Shown piece after piece: positions 26,301 to 35,808 of a stretch of DNA of 64,000 nucleotides (position 1 is its first letter; each line of letters opens with the position of its first letter). The position numbers and the translations under genes are program-made. The stretch spans positions 558,489 through 622,488 of the forward strand of contig NMRA01000164.1 in assembly GCA_002633005.1 (NCBI GenBank), written 5' to 3'. The DNA comes from Phoronis australis. Taxonomy: Eukaryota > Animalia > Phoronida. The notes under the pieces are model-generated. The model ran no database searches. It had not been told where the DNA came from and saw only the letters and a list, made by a program, of their open reading frames with translations.

Positions 26301-27953
26301 AATTAACTATATCTGCGGTGGAAAAGTTTTTGAGAATATCCAGAAAATCCACTGTGTAAATCATGAAACTTCATTCAAAGTGTTATATTTATGAAATACA
26401 AGTGCAATTCTCCACCACAAGTGCAATTCTCCACCTATTTAGCACAAAAAAATAATTACCAAAATTGTTGTTTGTCCACTGTTCAAAGGTCGATTATTTT
26501 GCTACAAATAATAGAAAGTTTACCAAGTGGTGTTTTATAGCAACTACACAGTACAAACCATGCTTGTAATAGACTAAAATTTCCTTCCTGGATTAATAGA
26601 ATTTCATTTCTCGGCCATTTTGTGAGCTAAGTAAGTGAAGAATTACCATAATACATAACAACGTATATTTTTCAAATGTCAAAAAACTCTAACACAGCAT
26701 GGAAATGGGTAATTTACCTAAAATTTTTCCACGAAACAATAAATTACAAGCTTACCAACAACTGTTGCAACTTGAGAGGCAGCAACTTTATCTCCAGACC
26801 ATGCCCTAAGAACAAAAAATTCAACAATTGCAAGAAGACATTCTTTCAACAATTCTCTTCACTTAAGTGCTGAAAATCACAAAACACAAACTCAGAATAC
26901 ACCATGATTTAAAGCTGTCATGGACAATATTTTAGTCCAAAAATTAATTTTCTTCACAGGTGTATTTACTTTTCCAATGTAACACCATCACGTTCTTATC
27001 CACTGATAAAGTGTTTAATGCAATGGGACTGACCTATGTGGCTTGCGCATGTCCAATGCTATTCAGGTAACGAACCGCTTGCAATGTTTTTTTACCCACT
27101 GATTCAACTGTAATTGGCTCGAAACAATAAATCGCCTAGAATTACCATGATGAATGACACTGCTATAGCCAGCGAACTAATCTGCCATAACAAGCAACCT
27201 GATGGGACTGGTCAGATGCAATAACCAACGAAAAGTCTTTACCAAGCTTTACAATCATCTAAGTAACGTACAAGATGAGACTGGTGTAATAATGGTGAGA
27301 GGCCTATATCACTGGTTTGTTTTTGACAGAAGTCACAGGTATATTGCCTGTTCAACCAAAAGCCTCAGTAAGTGATATCTATTAGTAATAAAACAAACAT
27401 ACCAGTTCCACATGAGGTTCTACCAAACACACACTGACAATGACATAAGTCACACTTTGAACAATGTTCAATGTCTTTAAATTAGTCATCTCAGATTCTA
27501 GAAATGACATTAGAGTAATGCTTCACTTATTTAGCATGCAATATGGCCGACAAGCAAAATTGTATTTTGTCAAAAATTCTCCAGAAAGATAGAAACTAAG
27601 AAATTTTAAGCCTGTTACAAGCATGATTTTCAGTGTGTAGATGTCATAAAACAAAGTTGAAAACGTTTCCATTATGGAAATCAAGGTAACCAGCCTTTAG
27701 AAAAATGCAATTATTTTTATGTGAAATAAGTGGAGAATTACCATAACAATGACTTAGGTCAATGCCTTAGACAGAGAATGAATCATTACCTTCGCACGAG
27801 CAGCACAAGACAATTCAACTGATCCGTAATTTTCTGTGCACTCGCCCGTGACTGGGCTAACTCTTCATTCAGCCTTTCCACAGTTTCTCTCAACATCTGC
27901 AGCTCTGGTGGGTTTCTACTTGATGAGGAAGTCATAGCAACGGCTCTGTTCAT
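17325..27953 (-). CDS. Uncharacterised 380-aa protein with predicted N- and C-terminal coiled coils and five RPxS[AG] motifs; 9 coding exons
   Basis: Phase-consistent GT-AG exons: 27953-27790, 26805-26756, 25846-25785, 24850-24741, 23858-23795, 23325-23158, 22049-21915, 19052-18947, 17608-17325, total 1143 nt with no internal stop. Begins MNRAVAMTSSSSRNPPELQMLRETVERLNEELAQSRASAQKITDQLNCLVLLVRRAWSGD, ends EREFYRRTEQLQKKIGIPYVGRI. Confidence 0.82.
17680..17893. mobile_element. Tc1/mariner-like MITE (related copies at ~26400-26652 and ~27515-27748)
   Basis: TA|CGGTAACTCTCCACTTATTT...AAATAAGTGAAGAATTACCG|TA; the same terminal motifs recur twice in introns of the same gene. Confidence 0.7.
18648..18782. 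repeat. Imperfect ~135-bp palindrome (foldback MITE remnant)
   Basis: CTTTGTTATTCGAGACCAGGCTTA...TAAGCCTGGTCTCAAAACAAAG with further internal pairing. Confidence 0.6.
19479..19725. mobile_element. TIR element (~45-bp imperfect TIRs) enclosing a tRNA-like sequence
   Basis: TGGTCAGCATGCCACCTGTGGTCACATCACGTGATCTAATGAATA versus reverse complement of right end TGGTCAGCATGCCACCTATGGTCGCATCACGTATTCTATTGAATA. Confidence 0.75.
19589..19661 (+). pseudogene. tRNA-derived sequence (pseudo-tRNA or SINE head)
   Basis: A box TGGTTCAGTGG and B box GGTTCGAGTCC at tRNA spacing; acceptor stem pairs with several G-U; anticodon stem is disrupted (TCAGT/ACAAA). Confidence 0.7.
20737..21555 (+). mobile_element. 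Helentron-associated non-autonomous element (HINE/DINE-1-like), copy 1
   Basis: Subterminal inverted repeat ATGCGCCCACA / TGTGGGCGCAT, internal tandem subrepeats, GGAC-type microsatellite (~21464-21506), 3' hairpin GCGTCCACATA-TAAA-TATGTGGGCGC, A-rich flanks; homologous to 59068-60451. Confidence 0.75.
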
Positions 27954-28242
27954 TTAGATTAACTAGAAGTAAAAACGATGAACAAGTAAAACTTCAAGTA
28001 AACAACTGAACAGGTTTCGTGGCTAAGTAGTTGCAGTGATTCGTACCTCCAAAACTTCCAAGAAAGTGCAAGACACAATTTCTGATGAGTCACAACTATA
28101 AAAAACAATGAGAATGTATATCAAATATTTGATGTACAACACTTGAAGCTGCATTTTGTCTTGTTTGCCTAGCTAATAAATGAAATGTTAATTCCCAACC
28201 AAAGCACTTTGGGGTTGAAAAGCAATATGTCACTCATCTGAA

Positions 28243-28347
28243 CGTCAAGGAAGAGTGTAGTTTTTAATGAAACTAATTTTGTGTCAGATTTTATTTGGCT
28301 AGTTTTTACCCACATCGGCCCAAAGCTGTATTAGTACACAGCTTTGG
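28243..28347 (+). repeat. Repeat family A, short 3' fragment, inverted relative to the adjacent copy
   Basis: TCAAGGAAGAGTGTAGTTTTTAATGAAACTAATTTTGTGTCAGATTTT...AAAGCTGTA matches 12207-12295. Confidence 0.75.
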
Positions 28348-28377
28348 ACGAATGCGATGCTGTTGCAACCCAAATTG

Positions 28378-29025
28378 TAGCCTTGGAGCAAAGCTGTATA
28401 CTAAATATACAGCTTTGCACCAATGTGGGTAAAAAAACTGACCAACTAAAATCGAAATTAGTGTCATTAAAAACTACACTCTTCCTTGAGTAAACTATTT
28501 ATTTGCCAGGGTTGGAAAAATTGGCATTCTATTGTTATTCTGCTACTAAAATTGTGGTGCGATCTTTTGTGTCCGCTTTCGGCGTCATGAAATATTGCGT
28601 CACCTTTTGGCCAGTTCATTTTCCCCCGATTCTTCAATTAACTGATCTTCTCTTCCACGAGGTTGCGTATTTATCACAACAAATTATTGGAACTAGTTTC
28701 ATTTCGTTCAAGTTTTTCGTATTTTAATATCAGCAAACCGAATTTCAGAACAAATTTTTATGCTGCAAAACTGTCATTATCTCCTGAGAGATGTCGCAAC
28801 AATTTAGGAAATGTTGCGTGCACGTGTCACGAGCGTACTGTTTTCAAATCGAAGAGAGACTTTTCTTTGTTTAAACGAAAGGCGGAGAATTATGCAAGAA
28901 AATGACATTGGTGAGGGTCAGTTGACTCCTAGTTTTTGCATACACCCCCGTTTGTCAGCTTTAGATTTTGAGTCTAAAAGAATTCAAGACACAGTGGTAC
29001 CTAACTGTATTTTGACAATAGTCTG
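28378..29025 (-). repeat. Repeat family A copy
   Basis: Reverse complement of ~11590-12300; includes the hairpin GCAAAGCTGTATA-CTAAA-TATACAGCTTTGC and a TAGCCTTGG edge. Confidence 0.85.
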
Positions 29026-29126
29026 TCTACCCAAACTGATGTCTGCGTCAAACTGATTTAGCGCGGGTTAGTGTTGTGAGCCAAACTAATGCCTGCGTCA
29101 AACTGAAGCTACTGTAAGTTATCAAA

Positions 29127-29715
29127 TATACAGCCTTGTGCAGATGTGGGTAAAAAACTGACCAGATAAAATGTGACACAAAAGTAGTGTCATTAAAAAA
29201 CTACACTCTTTCTTGAGTACACTAAATTATTTACCAGTGTTGGAAAAATTGGGTGTTCTACCGTTATACCGCAGCTAAAGTTGTGGAGCCACCTAGCGTC
29301 GGCTTTTGGTGCCATGAAATATTGCGTCACCTATTAGCCAGTTTCTTTTTTGCAGATTCTTCAATCAACTGTTGTACTTTCACGAAGTTGCGTACATGTC
29401 ACAACAAATTATCGGAACTGGTTTCACTTCATTATAAGTTTTTAGAATTTTGATACCGAAAAACCGAATTTCAATAAAAATTTGTTTCTGTCAAGCTATC
29501 ATCATCTCCTGAGAGATGTCACAAAAATTTAGGAAATGGCGCGTGTCACGAGCGTATTGTTTTCAAAATGATGACAGAACTTTTCTTTGCTAGAAAAGGC
29601 AGAGGATTACACAAGAAAATGTTTATTAGATTGTTTTCCACTTAATTGGCTGTAATGGGCAAGGTGTCGTTTGATTCCCAGATTTTGCATGCACCCCGTC
29701 CGGTCTCTAGCTCTA
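29127..29715 (-). repeat. Repeat family A copy, 3' part (interrupted by the 5.5-kb insertion; continues at 35238)
   Basis: Homology to family A stops at GCACCCCGTCCGGTCTCTAGCTC-TA and resumes at TA-CATGTTGATACAGGTTTCAC (35238). Confidence 0.85.
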
Positions 29716-31825
29716 CACTCGGGAACCCAATGGTCGTCCGGCTAAGCATAAAATTGGCTTGTTGTCGTACTCACCCAATTATTCCACTTCAAAGTTATGA
29801 TTTGAATAGGATTTGATTCAACTCCCACAAATATATAGTATTTGTTGATTCAAAAGTTTTCTTTTATTGATGCCGAGTTGTTTCAACTGTGCACTGCTTT
29901 TCCGTAGCCATTTTACAATGACACCTATGGTCGTCATATGTTGCCGCCTTTTGAATGAACAGAAAACTACGCAGAAAAAGGCCAAGACAATGGTGGAAAG
30001 TGGTTTACAACAATTCTAGTTCAACCACAAACTGTGTTACTGGTATGACATCGATTTTTAAATCGATTAAAATTGGTTCAGAATTTTAGTTCTGGAAAAT
30101 AAATCATGATTGTTTTATTCCAGATAGACCTTACTTATTTTCTATTTGTGACTTCTTTATTTGACTTTGTGCTCTTGTTGTTCTTAACACCACTTATCTC
30201 TGCTGTCTTTCTTTTTCTTTTCAGTTTTTCTTTATTCTCTGTTAACACCTTGTCAGCCAAATCAGAACTGTATAATGCTTTGAGACTTGGTCGGCGGAAG
30301 TTGATCATTGAACCTCGATGTAGTTAAATTACCCAATATCATATTGTTTGATTTTTTTTCACATTTAACAGGCTTCTGCAATCATAAATAAATAACTAAA
30401 TACCCAAGTTGCATTTGCATTTTATTGCTCAATCTCTTCTTTTATTTTTAATTATGTCATGCTGTGTTGTATGTAACGAAATAAAGTGAATATTTTACTT
30501 TATTGGTGGCCACTCTCTATCAATTCAAGTTTTTTAATTTTCTTCAAATAAATCCAAAATGCCTCAACCAAAAAATTCAACATAAATGTTGAGCTCAGTA
30601 CTGTGTTTTGCAATAAAAAACAAGTGGACAATATTTTGATGATGAATGCGTGAGCCGAAACTGTTAAGCACCCAGTGTGTTGCATTTGTCTGTTGCGTTT
30701 TCCTTTGGACAAATAGATACATTGCATAAACAATCCTTGGGTTGTTTTTTCTTCCGTCGGAAGAAAATTTAATTTCGAAAATGTCTTCTGAAAATGAACA
30801 AAAAAGTGCATTAGTAAAATCTACAAGTTTTTAAGTGGTTTTAAAAAATAGTGGGTAAATGCACCGATTTTCGTCTCAGTTCTTCGATGCGCATTTCTCC
30901 CGAGAGGTTAGTATCTAACGTGCAGACGAGCACTCTAGACTGGAACGCTAAGTCCCACGTGGCTGCGCTGCATGCGAAAGAAGATGGCGGACGACCATTG
31001 GTTGGGAGAACAGCATTTTTCAAAAAGTTTAGAAAATGTGCATGTAATATACATCATTAGAAAGCTCTTTTCGAGACTAAAATAACGATAGTAAAATTTT
31101 TTAAATTGGACTAATGGTTTCGGAGAAAATATCATTTTCGTGTCAAAATTTTTGGTAAAAATTCTGTCAAATCGAATCTGCGAGTTCAAAATATTATTAT
31201 TTCAAAACTAAGAAACGTAAATAGACATGCAATACATCATTTTAAAGAACTTTTTATGATGAATAATTTGCCAAAAAAACCATTTCGATTAGACGTTCCT
31301 GTGCGAAGATATTGACCTTAAAGTCAACACAGCCGACAAAGAGAAGTCACTACGTACAATTTTGCGATTTCAAATTTTCATAAAATAACAATTACTCCAG
31401 GAAAAAAACAAATAAGATATCATTTTAAAGATTTTTCATCAGGAAAGTTGAAACTTGATAATTGATTGAGCAAATTATTGATATTATTTGTGATATTGTT
31501 TTTAACAATCATGCTGTTTGCAACCGGCTTAACTTTGTCAAAATCAATTACATTAAATAAAAATCAAACATAAACAAAAATGTATTGATGACAAGTATGA
31601 TAAATAAAACATTTTAATACAAGCCTTTGAAAGACATATAATAAATAAAACTTTTACATAAACTTTCCACAACAATGTAATAAAATGAAGACCATGTCAC
31701 GAACCATCCAGGAATGTTCATGCTATAAAACCAACAACTGCAATATTCATAATCCTAAAATTGTCTCAAGTGATATGAACACAAAAAAAAATTTATGATG
31801 GACAGATAAATAAAGTTCTCAAGTC

Positions 31826-32100
31826 ATCCTCAAGGAAGGAGGGGCCAAACCCTTTCAGTGACAATTGACAGTGGAGTACCTTCAGTAAACAGACGCTCAG
31901 TGGAGTTCCTTACACAGACTTGTGGTATCCTCAAGGAAGGGGGCCAAACCCTTTCACTGACTACTGTACATCAGCGAAGTACCTTAGAGACTTGTGGCAT
32001 CCTCAAGGAAAGGGAGCCAAACCCTTTCAATGACCAAGTCAGTGGAGTACCTTACACAGACTTGTGGCGTCCTTAAGGAAGGGGGGGCCAAACCCTTTCT
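31826..32100. repeat. Four-unit tandem array with a conserved hairpin core
   Basis: ATCCTCAAGGAAGGGGGCCAAACCCTTTC-like units start at 31826, 31927, 31999 and 32069; linkers are mutually similar (CAGTGGAGTACCTT, CAGACTTGTGG). Confidence 0.85.
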
Positions 32101-32141
32101 GACTATCATAAGTCATTAGAGTATCTATATGCAACACTGAG

Positions 32142-32252
32142 TTATTCCAGCACTTTGAAGTCCCTTTGACCAAAGTCATCAATTAGCCGAAAGGAGTAGA
32201 TAGCCTCATCTTCGTCGTAATGGATATTAAACCACGACAGATATCCGAGGAC
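32142..32252 (-). pseudogene. Terminal exon encoding the C-terminal half of a Spin/Ssty (spindlin-type Tudor-like) domain, inside the insertion
   Basis: TCTTTCAG acceptor then VLGYLSWFNIHYDEDEAIYSFRLIDDFGQRDFKVLE*, matching the recalled spindlin pattern [29 protein letters not shown]. No in-frame upstream partner exon found. Confidence 0.55.
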
Positions 32253-35237
32253 CTGAAAGAATACTATAATTCATAATCATTTGAACAGTGTTATGCGAAA
32301 ATGTTAACCAACTTGGAAATTATGCACATTTTAACAAAGGTGAAATAAATAAACTACAAGGTTGTGAAAAGAAAAAAAGAAATAGCTAGATAGGTCATGT
32401 CAGTATTTGTCTGTCAGTGTCTTAAGAGGTGGTGCTGGCATATGGTACTTCTTCGCGGACTCCTCAACAGCATCAGGAGCTGAAAAGCACCGTCCGATAG
32501 GTGGAGGGGAGAGCCAAAATGAAGGAGGCTTTGACCGTGTGTCCATGAGATCATGTCCAACTGAATAACTGATAAAATGCAAGTAGAATCAGTAGAAGTA
32601 GGAAAGTAGAAGGATATGGACCAAGAGCTAGAAGCAGAGTCTGGTGAGAAAGAAATGTGAGACATGATGTACTGATAGAAACTGATAAATAGGAGTGAAA
32701 TTATTAGAACAAAAATAATGAAGAAAATAACAACTGGTTTGGTCCACAGCAAATTCCAACAAAGCTTACCTGGAGGATAAAGATCAGGGTGAGATTTATG
32801 AACAATCTAGGCAAACCTCATTGTTCTGTTAAAACTATATGTACTGGCCCGTGGTCAGAAAAAAAGTTTATCGAAAGCATGTATATGTTTCAAAGTAGTG
32901 GACCACAAAGTCTTGGAAACAAAGGACTGCAGTAGAACTGTACATTTGTAATATTTGTTTAATCTAAAATTAAAGCATTTTCATTTTCTATCTTGACATA
33001 TTCTAAATAAATTGTCATGACCAACAAGGCAAGATGGGTGTGGACCTCTCTGGCAGCAAGCCAACCCAAGTCTATCAGTGGCTTGACCAACAAAAATGTG
33101 AAGCAAAATGGAAAAAAAAATTAAATATAAGAATCATTGTTCTCACTACGAGAAATGACTGTTTAGTTCTCTTTTACATTGAGTTTTCATCAGGAAGAGT
33201 TGAAGTGCTTCAGTATTGTAAACCAAACATTCAACGCGATTAACAGGACCACCCCTAGCGGCAGTACCCGGAACTACGAAGTGAGTCAGAAATTCGCCCG
33301 ATTGTCAGAAATTGACGAAATGTTCGTTTAGAACAAGTGTTTGAAAGAGTTCATTAATGAACCCTTTAGTGCGGAATACAGTTCATTGCATTCGCAAATT
33401 ATGCTATATACCAATAAATTCAGCTCGAAGTTGAAGGCGACTTTTTCAACTTTCAAGTGCAGGAAAGTGAAAACTACTTACATAATCGTGTTCGCAAGGC
33501 TCCCTTTTGTTCTTTCACAAAGTTTCACGTAAAAATTCGCGAGTTTAGTCTTCTCCTGGGTTGAAAACCAAATAGCAGTCATTTTTACCGACATCCATTT
33601 TGGTCTGAAAAATCGGTCACGTCCCTGCAAAAAACTTGTGCAAGTATTATTAAACGAATTTTGCGACAAAAAAGATTATCAGATAAGTATAGTCCGATTA
33701 CCTCTCGTCGTCAGTCTCCAAAGGTCGTCCGCCATCTTGTTTCGCGTGCAGCGCTGCCACGCGGGACTTAGCGTTCCAATTTGGAACGCTCGTCTGCACG
33801 TTAGGTACTAACCTCTCGGGAGAAACACGCGTGGAAGAACTGAGACTAAAATTAATGCATTTACCGACTGTTTTTTTGAGACCACTTAAAAACTTGTTGA
33901 TTTTACTAATGCACTTTTTTGTTCATTTTCAGAAGATATTTTCGAAATTAAATTTTCTTCAGACGGAACAAAAAGCAACCCAGGGATTGTTTATGCAATG
34001 TATCTATTTGTCCCAGGCACTAACCGACATCTGTTAGGCCAAAGGAAAAACGCAGCAGACAAATGGAACACGCTGGGTGCTTAACAGTTTCGGCCCACGC
34101 CTTGGTCATCAAAATATTGTTCACTTGTTTTTTTATTGCAAAACACAGTACTGAACTCAACATTTATGTTGAAAATTTTGGTTAAAGCATTTTGAATTTA
34201 TTTGAAGAAAATTAAAATACTTGAATTGATAGAGAATGGCCACCAATAAAGTAAAACATTGACTTTATTTCACTATATTGCATTTGTTACATACAACACA
34301 GCATGACATAATCAAAAATAAAAGAAGAGATTGAGCAATAAAATTCAAATGCAACTTGGGTATTTATTTATTTATTTATGAATGCAGAAGCCTGTTAAAG
34401 ATGAGAAAAAATCAAACAATACAATTATGGGTAATTTATTAGAACAATTGTATCGAGGTTCAATGATCAACTTCCGCCTACCAAGTCTCAAAGGCTTACA
34501 GTTCTGTTTTGGCTGACAAGGTGTTAACAGAGAATGAAGAGAAACTGAAAAGAAAAAGAAGGACAGCAGAGATAAGTGATGTTAAGAACAACAAGAGCAA
34601 AAAGTCAAATAAAGAGGTCACAAATACAAAATAAGTAAGGTCTGCCTGGAATAAAACAATTGTGATTTATTTTCCAGAACTGAAATTCTAAATCAATTTT
34701 AATCGATTTAAAAATCGATATCATACCAGTAAAACAGTTTGTGGTTGAAGTAGAGTTGCTGTAAACCACTTTCCACTATTTTCTTGGCCTTTTTCTGTGT
34801 GGTTTTCTGTCCTTTCAAAAGGCGGCAGCACATGACGACCATAGGTGTCATTATAAAATGGCTGCCGAAAACCAATGCACAGTTGAACAACTCGGCTTAA
34901 GTAAAAGAAAACGTTTGAATCAACGAATACTATATATTTGTGAGAGTTAAATCAAGTCCTATTCAGATCATAACTTTGAAGTGGAATAATTGGGTGAGTA
35001 AGACAACAAGCCGGTTTTATGCTTAGGCGGACGACTATAGGGTTTCGGAGTGTAAAACAATATATTCTTTCATACTTTGCAATAATTTTTATTCACATTT
35101 ATTACATTTTTGAGTTATTTTTTGCCGATTGTAGTGAGCGAATTTAACACGGTGACAGATAGGCGAAGCGTTTCGCTGAAGAATGCTGTCCTCGCTACCA
35201 TGGCATTGGAGCCTGACGACGACAGGTATCCGGACTA

Positions 35238-35400
35238 TACATGTTGATACAGGTTTCACGGCGAGGTGATGAGCAGAAATACCCTGGCTGTGTGCAATTT
35301 TGGGGTCTATGGAAGAAAAACACACAGTGGTACCTAGCTGTATTTTAACGATAGTCTTCATACAGCTAGCTGGCTGGCTACCCGGCGACCAGCTAGCAGC
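35238..35400 (-). repeat. Repeat family A copy, 5' part
   Basis: Reverse complement reads GCCAGCCAGCTAGCTGTATGAAGACTATCG...GAAACCTGTATCAACATGTA, matching 11588-11712 and 36093-36216. Confidence 0.85.
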
Positions 35401-35519
35401 AGCAAGGTCTGCAAGGACCTCAGACGATATAGTCAAGACAACAGTTAGACCTGTTAAAACAAGAAAAACAAAGTAGAACGAGAATATGAATGACAATCAC
35501 CCTTCAGATAAAAACCTAC

Positions 35520-35808
35520 CAAACAACAAAAGCACTTTCCTGAAAATTAACGAACAAGCGAAGTGACCAATGTTTGAGCTGTCAATCCAAGGACCGCCAT
35601 ATTTAAACAATGGAGAGTTGTGGGAGATACTTTTTTATAAAATGGTAATTTTTAGGATTTTTTATTACTCAATAATTGTATTAAATTAAGGTAGAGATAC
35701 AAACAAAAGTAATAAGATATGAAAAATAGTTTGAACAAGAACTTAAAACCTGCATATAAGTGCGCCTCCATTTATCGAATTTGAGAACTACATCACAACA
35801 CGTGAAAC
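35520..35808. promoter_or_regulatory. Putative bidirectional promoter: non-coding exon 1 of the minus-strand gene (~35520-35610) head-to-head with BOP1
   Basis: Minus strand shows AATATGGCGG (YY1-like) and donor TTG|GTAGGT at 35519; the first coding exon of that gene has an acceptor at 27963-27964, so a UTR exon must exist upstream. E-box CACGTG at 35799-35804 sits just before the BOP1 ATG. Confidence 0.55.

Larger units (their letters stand above)
29716..35237. mobile_element. 5.5-kb composite insertion with TA duplication, 1.3-kb inverted arms and gene-fragment cargo
   Basis: TA at 29714-29715 and 35238-35239 splits a family-A copy precisely. Inverted arms 29716-31001 and 33718-35052 (outer ends CACTC...GAGTG, TA-flanked). 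Second TIR pair 33690-33720 / 35207-35237 (27/31 identical). Confidence 0.75.

Noticed and set aside
28082-28120. Hammerhead ribozyme core (CTGATGAG)
   Set aside because: No stem II followed by GAAA at a suitable distance.
31826-32100. CRISPR-like array (hairpin repeat plus spacers)
   Set aside because: Linkers are homologous to each other, spacing is irregular, there are no cas genes and the context is a eukaryotic intron.
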